This document shows positions 28,877 through 39,650 of a stretch of 64,000 nt of DNA, in pieces (position 1 is the first letter of the stretch; every line of letters begins with the position of its first letter). The stretch is taken from the NCBI GenBank assembly GCA_965217185.1, contig OZ244252.1:2752001-2816000 (forward strand). Reading direction: 5' to 3'. Source of the DNA: an uncultured Candidatus Entotheonella sp. Its GTDB lineage: Bacteria; Tectomicrobia; Entotheonellia; Entotheonellales; Entotheonellaceae. Both the position numbers and the translations under genes were made by a program. The notes under the pieces are model-generated. The model ran no database searches. It saw only the letters and a program-made list of their open reading frames with translations, and was not told the DNA's origin.

Positions 28877-29350
28877 TTAATTGTCGCTCAGGATTTGCGG
28901 CCAATTCTCATCGGCCTTGGCGATGTATCCGGGGATGTCCTTTTCCCAGACCTTCTGGATCCTGAGGTTGACGTTCAGGTACAACTTGTCGCCGACAATT
29001 TTCCACGCCTGCGGGTCGATGGGTGCCGTACCCCCTTGGCTCACCGCGTAGGCGCACCAGCCGCCATACTGCGGCGCGTATTTCTCGGGGTCGGCCACGA
29101 ACAACGCCCTGTTGTCCGCGCTGGCAAAGTACCAGGTGGCGCCCATCCACGCGTAGCTGTGGGCACTCTTGCCCTTCAGCGGCTCGCCCTGAACGAAATA
29201 GGCCACCGGATCGTACCCCTTGATCGCCCACCCCAGCAGGGTGGAATTAACCGGCTTGACGGCCATGGCCGTTACCGGCGCCAGCACGCTGACAACGATC
29301 AGAATCCCAAGCGCCGCCAGCCAACCGTTCCTCTTTCTTAGCAGTGTCAT
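28877..29350 (-). CDS. Secreted YHS-domain protein (Cys form)
   Basis: AIKGYDPVAYF, WYFASADN..F..PEKYAPQYGGWCAYA and KLYLN. Confidence 0.9.
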   Translation of the reverse strand: MTLLRKRNGWLAALGILIVVSVLAPVTAMAVKPVNSTLLGWAIKGYDPVAYFVQGEPLKGKSAHSYAWMGATWYFASADNRALFVADPEKYAPQYGGWCAYAVSQGGTAPIDPQAWKIVGDKLYLNVNLRIQKVWEKDIPGYIAKADENWPQILSDN

Positions 29351-29453
29351 ATTTTTCCTCCTTGTATCCGGCCCCCTTCATGGAGGCGCTCCCTTAAAAA
29401 CCGTTTCGCCTTGCAGGGAATTCCCTGACCAATTGTGCCTGCGGCTTTGAATT

Positions 29454-29816
29454 CTACGGCTCGTCGGCGAACTCGAACACCACCTCGCCGGGACGCACCA
29501 GTCGAAGTTCCTCGCGGGCAATCTTCTCGATGTATTCCAGGTCGTTCAGCAGACGCCAGATCTCACCGCGCAACTCGGCGTTTACTACCTCGATGTCGGC
29601 GATGTCGCTTTCCAGCACGGCGAGCTCGTGCTGCTTTTCCCACATGGCGAGGAAGCCCTTTTCGTTGTGGATGGCCAGCGCCATCATGCCCAGGATAAAG
29701 ATACCGCTGAGGATCAGGGCGATGCACAGCCAGGGCGTGGTGAAAATCTGACGTATGACGCCGCTCCTGAGGGCTTCGGAGTCCATGCCCGAGGATGTCA
29801 TCGGGGCGCCATGCAT
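29454..29816 (-). CDS. ftsB: Septum formation initiator FtsB/DivIC
   Basis: TM helix, coiled coil and YIEKIAREEL.LVRPGE. Confidence 0.85.
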   Translation of the reverse strand: MHGAPMTSSGMDSEALRSGVIRQIFTTPWLCIALILSGIFILGMMALAIHNEKGFLAMWEKQHELAVLESDIADIEVVNAELRGEIWRLLNDLEYIEKIAREELRLVRPGEVVFEFADEP

Positions 29817-29875
29817 CGTTGGTTTCCTCTAATTGAAATGTCGGATTACGCCCGCGGCTAATCCGACCTGCATTC

Positions 29876-31168
29876 CTACAGGCTCTGCAAGGCCGCGGCG
29901 CCGGCGCGCAGGGTAGCTTCGATGTCGGCGTCGGAGTGCGCCGTGGACAGGAAGCCGGCCTCGTACTGCGAGGGCGCCAGGTAGATACCGGCTTGCAGCA
30001 TGGCGGCGAAGTAGCGGCGAAAGGCGGGTACGTCGCAGGCGCTGGCGTCGTCGAAGTTGCGCACCGGCTTGGCGCTGAAGAAGAGCGTGAACATCGAGCC
30101 CAGGGCCGTGGTGTAGACCGGCACCCCGTGCTGACGGGCGGCCTTGGCGGTCTCGTCCATCAGATAGGCGGCGCGCTCGCCCAGGGCTGCGTAGGGCGGC
30201 TCGGCGCGCAGAATCTCCAGGGTGGTGATGCCGGCGGCCATGGCCAAGGGGTTGCCGGACAGCGTGCCGGCCTGGTAGATCGGCCCGACCGGCGACATGT
30301 GCTCCATAATCTCCCGCTTGCCGCCGTAGGCGCCAACGGGCAGGCCGCCGCCGATGACCTTTCCCAAGGTAGTCAGGTCGGGATCGATGTTATACAGCGT
30401 CTGCACGCCACCGTAAGCCACCCGGAAGCCGGTCATCACTTCATCGAGGACCAACAGCGCGTCGTGCTGGCGCGTCAGGTCGCGCAGCCCCTGCAGAAAG
30501 CCGGGCTCCGGTGGGACCAGCCCCATGTTGCCGACGGCCGGCTCGACGATGGCGCACGCCACCTTGCCGGAGTTCTGCTCCAGCGTCGCGCGCACGGCGT
30601 CAAGGTCGTTGAACGGCACGGTCAGGGTGTGCCTGGCGAGGTCAGCGGGCACGCCGGGGCTGTCGGGCATCCCGAAGGTCATGGCGCCGGAACCGGCCTT
30701 TACCAGGAGGCTGTCGGCGTGGCCGTGGTAGCAGCCGGCAAACTTGAGGATGCCGTCACGCCCGGTGAAACCGCGCGCCAGGCGGATGGCGCTCATCGTC
30801 GCCTCGGTGCCGGAATTGACTAGGCGCACCATGTCGATGGACGGAAACGCCTCGACGATTAACCGTGCCAATTGCACCTCGCGCGCCGTAGGCGCTCCGA
30901 AGCTGCAGCCCTCGGCGGCGGCGGCCTGAACGGCTGCCACGACCTCCGGGTGGGCGTGCCCCAAGATCATCGGACCCCACGAGCCCACGTAGTCGATGTA
31001 GGCATTGCCGTCCACGTCGTAGACCCGCGAGCCCTCGGCGCGTTGGATGAAGGGCGGCTGCAGGTTGACCGACTTGTACGCCCGCACCGGACTGTTGACG
31101 CCGCCGGGGATGATCTGCTGTGCCTGCTCGAAGAGCCCTGCGGAGGTGTCCATACGCCGATCCGTCAC
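29876..31168 (-). CDS. hemL: Glutamate-1-semialdehyde 2,1-aminomutase
   Basis: IPGGVNSPVRA, SGTEATMSA, GCYHGH, DEVMTGFR and YQAGTLSGNP. Confidence 0.96.
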   Translation of the reverse strand: MTDRRMDTSAGLFEQAQQIIPGGVNSPVRAYKSVNLQPPFIQRAEGSRVYDVDGNAYIDYVGSWGPMILGHAHPEVVAAVQAAAAEGCSFGAPTAREVQLARLIVEAFPSIDMVRLVNSGTEATMSAIRLARGFTGRDGILKFAGCYHGHADSLLVKAGSGAMTFGMPDSPGVPADLARHTLTVPFNDLDAVRATLEQNSGKVACAIVEPAVGNMGLVPPEPGFLQGLRDLTRQHDALLVLDEVMTGFRVAYGGVQTLYNIDPDLTTLGKVIGGGLPVGAYGGKREIMEHMSPVGPIYQAGTLSGNPLAMAAGITTLEILRAEPPYAALGERAAYLMDETAKAARQHGVPVYTTALGSMFTLFFSAKPVRNFDDASACDVPAFRRYFAAMLQAGIYLAPSQYEAGFLSTAHSDADIEATLRAGAAALQSL

Positions 31169-31184
31169 AGCGCCATTCCTTTCC

Positions 31185-32048
31185 TTATGAGAGGTAACGA
31201 TCAATCAGCAGCCCCAAGCGCGCTCTGGCCGCTGCCGGAATCATGGCCGGGTCGGTAATCAAGGCATATTTCATGGCGGTGCTGCACGGGCATGCGCGCT
31301 CCCCATTCAGGGCGGGCGCGGTGTGCGCGATGATGTCCTGAGCGAGCTGCACGTTGCGCCGCAGGACTTCCAGGATGGCGCCAATGTCCACATCGCTGGC
31401 GCTGTCGTGCCAGCAGTCATAATCGGTGCACAAGGCCAGCGTAGCGTAGCACAACTCGGCTTCACGGGCTAGGCGCGCCTCGGGTAGGTTGGTCATGCCG
31501 ATCACGTCCACGCCCCACTTCCGGTAGATCTCCGATTCGGCGCGGGTGGAGAACTGCGGCCCCTCGATGCACAAGTAGGTGCCGCCGACGTGCACCGTGG
31601 CCCCGGCGGTGGCGGCAGCCTGCTGCAGCACTTGCGCCATGACGCCGCAGACGGGGTCGGCAAAGGCGATGTGCGCGACCACGTCGGTATCGAAAAAGGT
31701 GGAGACGCGCGAGCGGGTGCGGTCGAAGAACTGGTCCGGGATGACCATGTCGCCGGGGTGGATGTCCTCACGCATGCTGCCCACGGCGCTGACGGAGATG
31801 ACCCATTCGACGCCGAGCAGTTTCATGCCGTAGAGGTTGGCGCGGAAATTGATGGCGGACGGCGGGATGCGGTGGCCGCGCCCGTGGCGAGGCAGGAAGA
31901 CCATCTCCCGATCCCCCAGGGTGCCGAGTATAAAGGCGTCGGACGGCGCCCCGAAAGGGGTTTCGACCCGCTCCTCGCTGACGTTTTCCAGCGCCGCCAT
32001 GGCGTACAAGCCGCTGCCGCCGATCACCCCGATCTTGCCCTTGCGCAT
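31185..32048 (-). CDS. mtnP: S-methyl-5'-thioadenosine phosphorylase
   Basis: IGGSG, PRHGRGH, EGPQFSTRAES, GMTNLPEA and TDYDCW. Confidence 0.93.
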   Translation of the reverse strand: MRKGKIGVIGGSGLYAMAALENVSEERVETPFGAPSDAFILGTLGDREMVFLPRHGRGHRIPPSAINFRANLYGMKLLGVEWVISVSAVGSMREDIHPGDMVIPDQFFDRTRSRVSTFFDTDVVAHIAFADPVCGVMAQVLQQAAATAGATVHVGGTYLCIEGPQFSTRAESEIYRKWGVDVIGMTNLPEARLAREAELCYATLALCTDYDCWHDSASDVDIGAILEVLRRNVQLAQDIIAHTAPALNGERACPCSTAMKYALITDPAMIPAAARARLGLLIDRYLS

Positions 32049-32174
32049 GTGTTGAAATTCCTCTTGCGTTGTGTTGGCACTGCAGCAGACCTGCAGAGAC
32101 ATGTTTGTGTTGTTGGCACGCAGACGGCTTGTGGGATGCCAGCGCATCACCCCCCATCGAGGAAATAACCTGAC

Positions 32175-32198
32175 CGTCACTCCCGCGAAGGCGGGAAT
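32175..32198 (+). repeat. CGTC-tagged REP-like palindrome
   Basis: CGTCAC-TCCCGC-GAAG-GCGGGA-AT, just downstream of the GIY-YIG gene. Confidence 0.6.
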
Positions 32199-32252
32199 GG
32201 CCCCTGAAAGTTCATCGGAGAACTATCCGCATGGAGGTAGCCCCGCAGGCGT

Positions 32253-32537
32253 TCAGCAGATTTCATCGAACAAGTCCGCCCATGCCGAGTTGCGTTTCCT
32301 GATCAACCCAATCTCCCACGCTCGGTTCCATTTCCTGAGTGCCTTCTCCCTCCTGATGGCGCTTCCTCGTCTCATGGACTTCGTACCAAACCAGCCTGGG
32401 AATCTGATAACGTTTTGTAAATCCTTCCACGCAGTCATTCTTGTGCTGCGATATCCGCTGGACGAGGTTAGCCGTTACGCCAATATGCAGGTGCCATTCG
32501 GCTGGTTGGCAAGGATGTACACGCATGGCATTTTCAT
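32253..32537 (-). pseudogene. Small GIY-YIG nuclease (UPF0213-like), two frameshifts
   Basis: MKMPCVYILANQPNGT / LHIGVTANLVQRISQHK..GFTKRY..RLVWYE / SAIRREKALRKWNRAW..LI..N..W.DL, spread over different frames with shifts near 32490 and 32366. Confidence 0.85.
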
Positions 32538-32555
32538 ACGTGAGTCTCTACATGT

Positions 32556-33557
<1,002 letters not shown>

Positions 33558-33560
33558 GGC

Positions 33561-34652
33561 CTAGCCTGCACTCGCCGCGGCGTCGTTCAGAGCGGCGCAG
33601 ATCAAATCGCCCATTTGGACGGTGCCGACCCGCGTGGCGCCGGGCCGCATAACGTCGGCGGTGCGGTAGCCCTGATTCAGGACCGTCTCCACTGCCGCCT
33701 CGACGGCCTGCGCGGCGCGTGGTTCGTCCAGCGCATATTGCAGCATCATGGCGACCGAATTGACGGTGGCGATCGGATTGGCGACGTCCTGTCCGGCGAT
33801 GTCGGGGGCGCTGCCGTGCACGGGCTCGAAAACCCCCACCGTGCCGCCGAGGCTGGCAGACGGTAGCATACCGATGGAGCCGGTCAGCATGGCGGCCACG
33901 TCGCTCAGGATGTCGCCGAACAGGTTGCCGGTGACGATGACGTCGAACTGGCGCGGATTGCGGATAAGTTGCATGGCACAGTTGTCGACGTACAGATGAT
34001 CGAGTTCGACGTCGGCGTAGCCGCCGGCCAGTTCCGTCACCTCGCGGCGCCACAGTACCGACACGTCGAGCACGTTGGCCTTGTCCACCGAGGCCACCTT
34101 GCCGCGACGCTTGCGGGCCAGCTCAAAGGCCAAGCGCGTGATGCGGGCAATTTCGGCGCTGTTATAGCTCATGGTATTGACGCCGCGCTCGCCGCTGGCG
34201 TCGGGCTCGATGCCGCGCGGTTCGCCGAAATAAATGCCACCGACCAACTCCCGAACGACCAGCAGGTCGATATCCCGCACCACCTCGGGGCGCAGGCTCG
34301 ACGCCTCGATGAGGGCGCTGTAGAGCTTGGCTGGGCGCAGGTTGGCGAACAGGTCGAGCGCTTGCCGCAGCCTCAGCAGGCCGCGCTCGGGCCGTTTGTC
34401 CGGGGGCAGGTCGTCCCACTTGGGGCCGCCGACGGAGCCGAACAGAACCGCTTGGCTGTCGCGGCACAGTTGCAGGGTCGCTTCGGGCAGCGGATCGCCG
34501 GTCGCGTCGATGGCGGCGCCTCCAACCAAGCCCTCTTGTAATTCGCACCGGATGCCGAACGGTGCCTCCAGAGCGCACAAGACCTTGACACCCTGCGCCA
34601 CAACCTCCGGGCCGACACCATCTCCGGGTAACACTGCAATTCGGTACGTCAT
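33561..34652 (-). CDS. leuB: 3-isopropylmalate dehydrogenase
   Basis: [34 protein letters not shown] and HGSAPDIAG. Confidence 0.96.
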   Translation of the reverse strand: MTYRIAVLPGDGVGPEVVAQGVKVLCALEAPFGIRCELQEGLVGGAAIDATGDPLPEATLQLCRDSQAVLFGSVGGPKWDDLPPDKRPERGLLRLRQALDLFANLRPAKLYSALIEASSLRPEVVRDIDLLVVRELVGGIYFGEPRGIEPDASGERGVNTMSYNSAEIARITRLAFELARKRRGKVASVDKANVLDVSVLWRREVTELAGGYADVELDHLYVDNCAMQLIRNPRQFDVIVTGNLFGDILSDVAAMLTGSIGMLPSASLGGTVGVFEPVHGSAPDIAGQDVANPIATVNSVAMMLQYALDEPRAAQAVEAAVETVLNQGYRTADVMRPGATRVGTVQMGDLICAALNDAAASAG

Positions 34653-34692
34653 GTTTCCGTATACTCCCGCGTCAGGTCCGTTTCGCCGGGAC

Positions 34693-35040
34693 CTACTTGA
34701 AGATCAAACCTCTGAACAGAATCAGCACAATCGCGCCGACGAAGCTGAAGACCATCAGGCCGTAGAGTCGCACCAGCCAGTTGCGCATCTGCCGCATCTC
34801 GGCTCGGAAATCCAGCATCTGCTGGTTGAAGTCGTCGAAACGCTGGTCCACATGGGCGAAGCGCTGTTCGATATGGGCGAGGTCCTGTGCCCTCGCCTTC
34901 TCCATATAGGCGAAGCCCTGCTCCATACGCTTTTCAAGGCTGAGAAACCGCTGGTCGGCGCGCTCTTCAGCATGGTCAAAACGCTCCTCCATGCGCTTAA
35001 CGAACTCCTCGAAATGCTCCCTGCTAACGTACTCGGCCAT
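34693..35040 (-). CDS. Small coiled-coil protein with C-terminal TM helix (DUF1640/CCDC90-like)
   Basis: Repeated (M/V)(E/D)QRF units; AGGAGG RBS; ATGA overlap with the trpF stop. Confidence 0.7.
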   Translation of the reverse strand: MAEYVSREHFEEFVKRMEERFDHAEERADQRFLSLEKRMEQGFAYMEKARAQDLAHIEQRFAHVDQRFDDFNQQMLDFRAEMRQMRNWLVRLYGLMVFSFVGAIVLILFRGLIFK

Positions 35041-35675
35041 CAGGGGCCCTCCTGTCTTCCATTCGTCATCGACTTGGCGCGCTTCACGAAGTCCCGCACC
35101 TTGGCGGCGTCCTTTGTCCCCGGCCTCGCCTCGACGCCGCTGCACACGTCAACCGCGTAGGGCCGCACGGTGTCGATGGCTTCCTGGACATTGTCCGGCG
35201 TCAGCCCGCCAGCCAGGATGATGCGTCCGTAGCCGTGCAGCGACGCCACCCGCTGCCAATCGGCCTTGACGCCGCCGCCGCCATAGAGCTCGCCGTGGAA
35301 GCCTTCGATCAGAAAGGCATCGACAGGGTAATTCGGCATCATTTCTGGCTGCACTTGGTCGGTGAAGCGCAGGGCTTTGATACAGCGCCACGGCAGGCGG
35401 CGGCACAGGTCGGGGCTTTCATCGCCGTGCAACTGCACCCGGCTGACACCGCTTTGCCGCACTACCTGCGTGATCGTCTCGAAGCTCTCGTTGACGAACA
35501 CGCCGACGGCCGGCAGATCTGCCGGCAGGCTGGCGACGATGGCGCCGGCCTGTTCGGGAGTCACGTAGCGGGGGCTGGGAGGGTAGAAGATCAGGCCGAT
35601 CATATCGGTGCCGGCGTCCACCGCCACGCCGGCGTCGGCAGCCGAGGTGACGCCGCAAATTTTGACGAGGGTCAT
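35040..35675 (-). CDS. trpF: Phosphoribosylanthranilate isomerase
   Basis: VKICG, SPRYV, VGVFVN, QLHGDE, LAGGLTPDNV and VDVCSGVE. Confidence 0.95.
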   Translation of the reverse strand: MTLVKICGVTSAADAGVAVDAGTDMIGLIFYPPSPRYVTPEQAGAIVASLPADLPAVGVFVNESFETITQVVRQSGVSRVQLHGDESPDLCRRLPWRCIKALRFTDQVQPEMMPNYPVDAFLIEGFHGELYGGGGVKADWQRVASLHGYGRIILAGGLTPDNVQEAIDTVRPYAVDVCSGVEARPGTKDAAKVRDFVKRAKSMTNGRQEGP

Positions 35676-35685
35676 GATGGGCACC

Positions 35686-36489
35686 CTAGGACGCGGGCGC
35701 GACGCCGCGAAGCTGATCCAGCTTCGCACCGATGTCGGGCTCGCGCATCAGGGATTCACCGACGAGAAACGCCGCCACGCCGTGGGCTTCGAGGCGTTCG
35801 ACGGTCGCGCGGTCCCGGATGCCGCTCTCGCTGACCACCCGGTGGCCGGACGGAACCTGGGGCAGAAGTTCCAGGGTGGTCGCCACGTCGGTGTGAAAGG
35901 TGTGAAGGTCGCGGTTGTTGATGCCGAGCAGGCGGCAGTCGCAGGATAGCGCCTTTTCCAGCTCCGCGGCGGTGTGCACCTCGACGAACGGTTCCAGGCC
36001 GAGCTCGCGGCTCAGGGACGCCAGATCGGCCAGAACCGGCACTTCCAAGGCCGAAGCGATCAGCAGCACCGCGTCGGCGCCGTACAACCGCGCCTCGTAG
36101 AGCTGGTATGCGTCGAGGATGAAGTCCTTGCGCAGGAGCGGCAACGCCACATGCTGCCGAACGGCTTGCAGAACGGCCAGGTCACCCTGAAAGAACGGCT
36201 TGTCCGTTAGCACCGAGATGGCTGCGGCGCTGTGGCGGGCGTATGTGGCGGCGATGGCGAGCGGATCGAAATCGGCGCGGATGACGCCGGCGGAAGGCGA
36301 CGCCTTCTTGATTTCGGCGATGATGCGCGTCCCCCTGCCGTCATGAGCTTGCAGGGCGCTCCAGAGGTCGCGCGTGGGCGGCAGTGATTCGGCCTCGCGC
36401 CGCAGGGTATCGAGCGGCACGGCTTGCCGCGCGCGGGCGACCTCCTGCCGTTTGCTGTCCAGGATACGCGCTAGGATGTCGGCGACCAT
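35686..36489 (-). CDS. trpC: Indole-3-glycerol phosphate synthase
   Basis: IAEIKKASPS, SVLTD, LRKDFI, GINNRDL, VSESGI and LVGESLM. Confidence 0.96.
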   Translation of the reverse strand: MVADILARILDSKRQEVARARQAVPLDTLRREAESLPPTRDLWSALQAHDGRGTRIIAEIKKASPSAGVIRADFDPLAIAATYARHSAAAISVLTDKPFFQGDLAVLQAVRQHVALPLLRKDFILDAYQLYEARLYGADAVLLIASALEVPVLADLASLSRELGLEPFVEVHTAAELEKALSCDCRLLGINNRDLHTFHTDVATTLELLPQVPSGHRVVSESGIRDRATVERLEAHGVAAFLVGESLMREPDIGAKLDQLRGVAPAS

Positions 36490-37499
36490 TGTTGGGTAAA
36501 CTCCCGCAATTGTTCGAGCTTGGCGAAGGCGCGGCCGCTTTTGAGGGACTCGCGCGCCTGCGGCAAGCAATCGGCGATACTCTGATCGGCGGTGCCGGCG
36601 GCAATCGCGGCGGCGGCGTTCAGCAGCACGATGTCGCGTTGGGGTGATGCCTCGTCGCCCAAAATCCGCTTCACCAAGTCGGCATTGTGAGCGGCCTCAC
36701 CGCCCTGCAGATCGGTAGGACGGGCGCGCGTCACGCCGAAATCTTCCGGGCGCACCTCGTAGGTATGCACCTCGCCGCTGCGCAGTTCCGAGACTATCGT
36801 GGTGCCGGTCGTGGTCAGTTCGTCCAGGCCGTCGCTGCCGTGCACCACGAAGGCGCGCTCAGCGCCGAGGTTGTGCAGCACCGCGGCCAGCACCGGGGTC
36901 AGCTTACTGTCGTACACCCCCACCAACTGGTGCCGGGCGTGGGCCGGATTGGTCAGAGGGCCGAGAATGTTGAAGATCGTCCGTACGCCGATTTCTCGTC
37001 GCGGGCCGATGGCGTGACGCATGGCGCCATGGAGCGCCGGGGCGAACAGAAAGCCGATGCCCACCTCGGCGATGGCCGCCTCCACGCCGGCGGGTTCAAG
37101 CGACACGTCGACGCCCAGTGCCTCCAGCACGTCGGCGCTGCCGCACTTGCTGGAAGCTGCCCGGTTGCCGTGTTTGGCCATGATCACCCCGGCGCCCGCG
37201 GCTACGAACGCCGCCGCCGTCGAAATGTTGAACGTGCCCGCAGCGTCGCCGCCCGTGCCGGCGGTATCCACCGGCGTGCTGCCCACCGGGGTGCGGATGA
37301 ACGTCGCCTTGTCCCGCATCACCCGCGCGCAGCCGGTGATCTCCGCGACGCTCTCGCCCTTCGCCCGCAGGCCGATCAGAAAGGCGGCTATCTGCGCCGG
37401 CGTCGCCGCCCCCTCCATGATCTCGGTCATCACCTCTACGGCTTCCGCTTCGGTGAGATGCCTCCCCTCGACGACCGCCCGGATGCCCACTCTCATCAT
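36471..37499 (-). CDS. trpD: Anthranilate phosphoribosyltransferase
   Basis: GTGGD...FNIST, KHGNR..SSKCGSAD, FNILGPLTNP and DGLDE. Confidence 0.96.
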   Translation of the reverse strand: MMRVGIRAVVEGRHLTEAEAVEVMTEIMEGAATPAQIAAFLIGLRAKGESVAEITGCARVMRDKATFIRTPVGSTPVDTAGTGGDAAGTFNISTAAAFVAAGAGVIMAKHGNRAASSKCGSADVLEALGVDVSLEPAGVEAAIAEVGIGFLFAPALHGAMRHAIGPRREIGVRTIFNILGPLTNPAHARHQLVGVYDSKLTPVLAAVLHNLGAERAFVVHGSDGLDELTTTGTTIVSELRSGEVHTYEVRPEDFGVTRARPTDLQGGEAAHNADLVKRILGDEASPQRDIVLLNAAAAIAAGTADQSIADCLPQARESLKSGRAFAKLEQLREFTQQWSPTS

Positions 37500-37550
37500 G
37501 GCTGATTTCCTATCCATAACCCCAATGTATCTCTCAATTTATGGGCGGCG

Positions 37551-37579
37551 ACCTTATCACACGGACCGGCAAAAGGCAA
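37551..37579 (-). promoter_or_regulatory. Putative extended -10 promoter of trpD
   Basis: Minus strand TTGCCT, 17 bp spacer ending TGn, then TAAGGT. Confidence 0.4.
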
Positions 37580-37815
37580 AACGCGCGGTGGGGGATGGTC
37601 CTCAGTATCGACGAGGGGTTGCGGGGCGCGGACCGGTAGGCGCGGCGGGTGGATCTGCGCTGGATACAAACGGCCTCAATTTCTGGAGGTCAGTCCACTG
37701 GCAGGGCTGCATCCGAGGCACTCGGACTTGCCCATTTTGTGTTGGCTGGCGGGGATTGGCTATGACGCGTTGATCGATTTGATCGTGGCCTCCGCGTGTC
37801 GACGCGCCTGACTGA

Positions 37816-38691
37816 TCACTGTCCTGAGGTCGTCGTAAAGGGCGACCTTATCAGCGTAACGTTCCGGGTGACGTCCTTCGCATGCAGGTACCTGACGGAG
37901 CCGGCCACCCGCAGCAGGGCTTGGTGGTCGATGTCGCCGACCATGGAATAGGTCACGCCGGCGCGCTGCCACAATATAACCGGACGGCCCTCGACGTGCC
38001 GTACGTAGAAGTTTCCGGCTTCGGTCGGTGTCATGCGCCGGTCAGGGAGCGACAGGGCGGCATCCCGGAGAGCGAACACCAGCAGGTCCGAGCCCTCGTG
38101 CCTGTACTTCATCGCCAAGCCCTTGCGGTCCCGTAGTCGGCACAGGCGGCCCCCCACCAACTGCGCAGCTTTGTCGGTAATGCAGGGCACGTGCAAGGAT
38201 TGGCCGATGACGTCGTTGGCCCACCGAATGAGTTGGCCGTCGTCACTTGTCTTGACCTCCATGGGTACGTCCTGGTCCAGGTAGGTGTGATAGGCCATGG
38301 CAGTCTCGTGCACGAATTTGTTCGCCGCGTTGTCCCCGCTTAACAGGTCGCGCACCGGGCTCAGGAACACCAGCAGCATGGCTGCGGCCAGCGCTGCGCC
38401 AAGGCCGACGTCTCGCCACTGCACAGCTTCGCGCAGCGTTGCTAACTGCGGCCAGCGATGCCTGCGCTGTTGCATGGCACGCCGGATCAATTGCTGTTTT
38501 TCCACCTGCGGCAAGGGTGCCGTGGCCGCCTGCTGACGCACCGCGGCCCGCACGGCACGCTCAGCCGCTACTAGATCAGTGCACTCCGGGCATTCTTGCA
38601 GATGCTCCTGCACGTCCAGGCTTTCCTTTACGCCCAGCGCCTGATCGAGAAAAAACGCCAGATATTTCCTACATCGCTCACAAGACAACAT
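37816..38691 (-). CDS. Zinc-finger (ZAS) transmembrane anti-sigma factor
   Basis: N-terminal C...HLQECPEC, TM helix and LVGGRLC extracytoplasmic domain; 3 bp after the sigma gene. Confidence 0.85.
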   Translation of the reverse strand: MLSCERCRKYLAFFLDQALGVKESLDVQEHLQECPECTDLVAAERAVRAAVRQQAATAPLPQVEKQQLIRRAMQQRRHRWPQLATLREAVQWRDVGLGAALAAAMLLVFLSPVRDLLSGDNAANKFVHETAMAYHTYLDQDVPMEVKTSDDGQLIRWANDVIGQSLHVPCITDKAAQLVGGRLCRLRDRKGLAMKYRHEGSDLLVFALRDAALSLPDRRMTPTEAGNFYVRHVEGRPVILWQRAGVTYSMVGDIDHQALLRVAGSVRYLHAKDVTRNVTLIRSPFTTTSGQ

Positions 38692-38694
38692 GGC

Positions 38695-39267
38695 TTAGTC
38701 CTTAACGTATCCGTTCTTGCGCGCGAACTCCGCGAGACTCTTTCGCAGCAACCGTCGCCCGCGAAACAGACGGCTCATCACCGTTCCTTCCGGGCAGTCG
38801 ATGATGGCGGCGATTTCCTTGTACGAAAATTCGGCCATGTCGGCCAACAAGACGACCATGCGATAGACCTCGGGGATCGCGTCCAAGGCGCGTTTAACGT
38901 CGTCCTGAACGACATGCCGCAGCACCTCTTCCAGGGAGGCTTGATCGGTCCATTCGGGGAACGGGGTCGGGTCGGCATAGAAGGGCTCGACACGTTCAAA
39001 ATCCGTCTGCTCCTGCTGCCGCGAGGCTTTTCGATAGGTATTGATGTGTGTGTTCCGTAGAATCGTAAACAACCACGCCTTGATATTTGTTCCAGGTTCG
39101 AAACGATCAAAGAAGCGATACGCCTTGAGGTAGGTCTCCTGAACCAAGTCCTGGGCCTCATGGACGTTGCGGGTCAGGCGCATGGCGGTGCTGTAGAGCA
39201 CGTCGAAGTGCTCAAGGGCGACGGCTTCGAATTCCTCTTGGCGGCTTATGGCATCTCGTTCAGCCAT
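38695..39267 (-). CDS. ECF sigma-70 factor (SigH/SigR-like)
   Basis: AQDLVQETYLKAY, KAWLFTILRN and SYKEIA..GTVMSRLFRGR. Confidence 0.92.
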   Translation of the reverse strand: MAERDAISRQEEFEAVALEHFDVLYSTAMRLTRNVHEAQDLVQETYLKAYRFFDRFEPGTNIKAWLFTILRNTHINTYRKASRQQEQTDFERVEPFYADPTPFPEWTDQASLEEVLRHVVQDDVKRALDAIPEVYRMVVLLADMAEFSYKEIAAIIDCPEGTVMSRLFRGRRLLRKSLAEFARKNGYVKD

Positions 39268-39650
39268 GGCTGTCCTCTTCGGCTTGCCCAGGTAACCGGC
39301 AGGTGGAGGTGGGGTATCAGTAGGCAGGTTACTCACTGGCTCGGTGTTTGTGATCGTACAGGTAGGCCCACAGGCAGATGAGACCTTACTCAATGAAGGC
39401 AAAGATGCCGGGCCATTCAAATCCGTTATCAGGCATTGTCGTTTGAATCTTCCAGGAAGTATGCCGCGATAAAGATCAATACGGCTCCCGGCAAATATAG
39501 CACAAAGTCAGGAGCTTTCTAGCTATCCGGTCTCCATGGATGAGTCTCGCAAGGGGGACGCCCTGGCTGGTGTCCGAGAGGTATTTGACCCTTATGCCTT
39601 GGGATTGGGCGAAGCTGGTACGTTCTTGCCAGCGGGTGCGGGACGAGGCG

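Noticed and set aside
28877..29350. YHS-domain protein as a second selenoprotein
   Set aside because: The family has Sec members, but here the PQYGGWC codon is TGC and the ORF is uninterrupted.
32072..32125. Two TGTTGGCAC copies as sigma54 promoters
   Set aside because: No TTGC at -12 spacing, and the orientation is opposite to mtnP.
37547..37853. 13-bp direct repeat GGCGACCTTATCA at 37547 and 37841
   Set aside because: One copy is inside the anti-sigma CDS and the other overlaps a likely promoter. There is no element between them, so chance is plausible.
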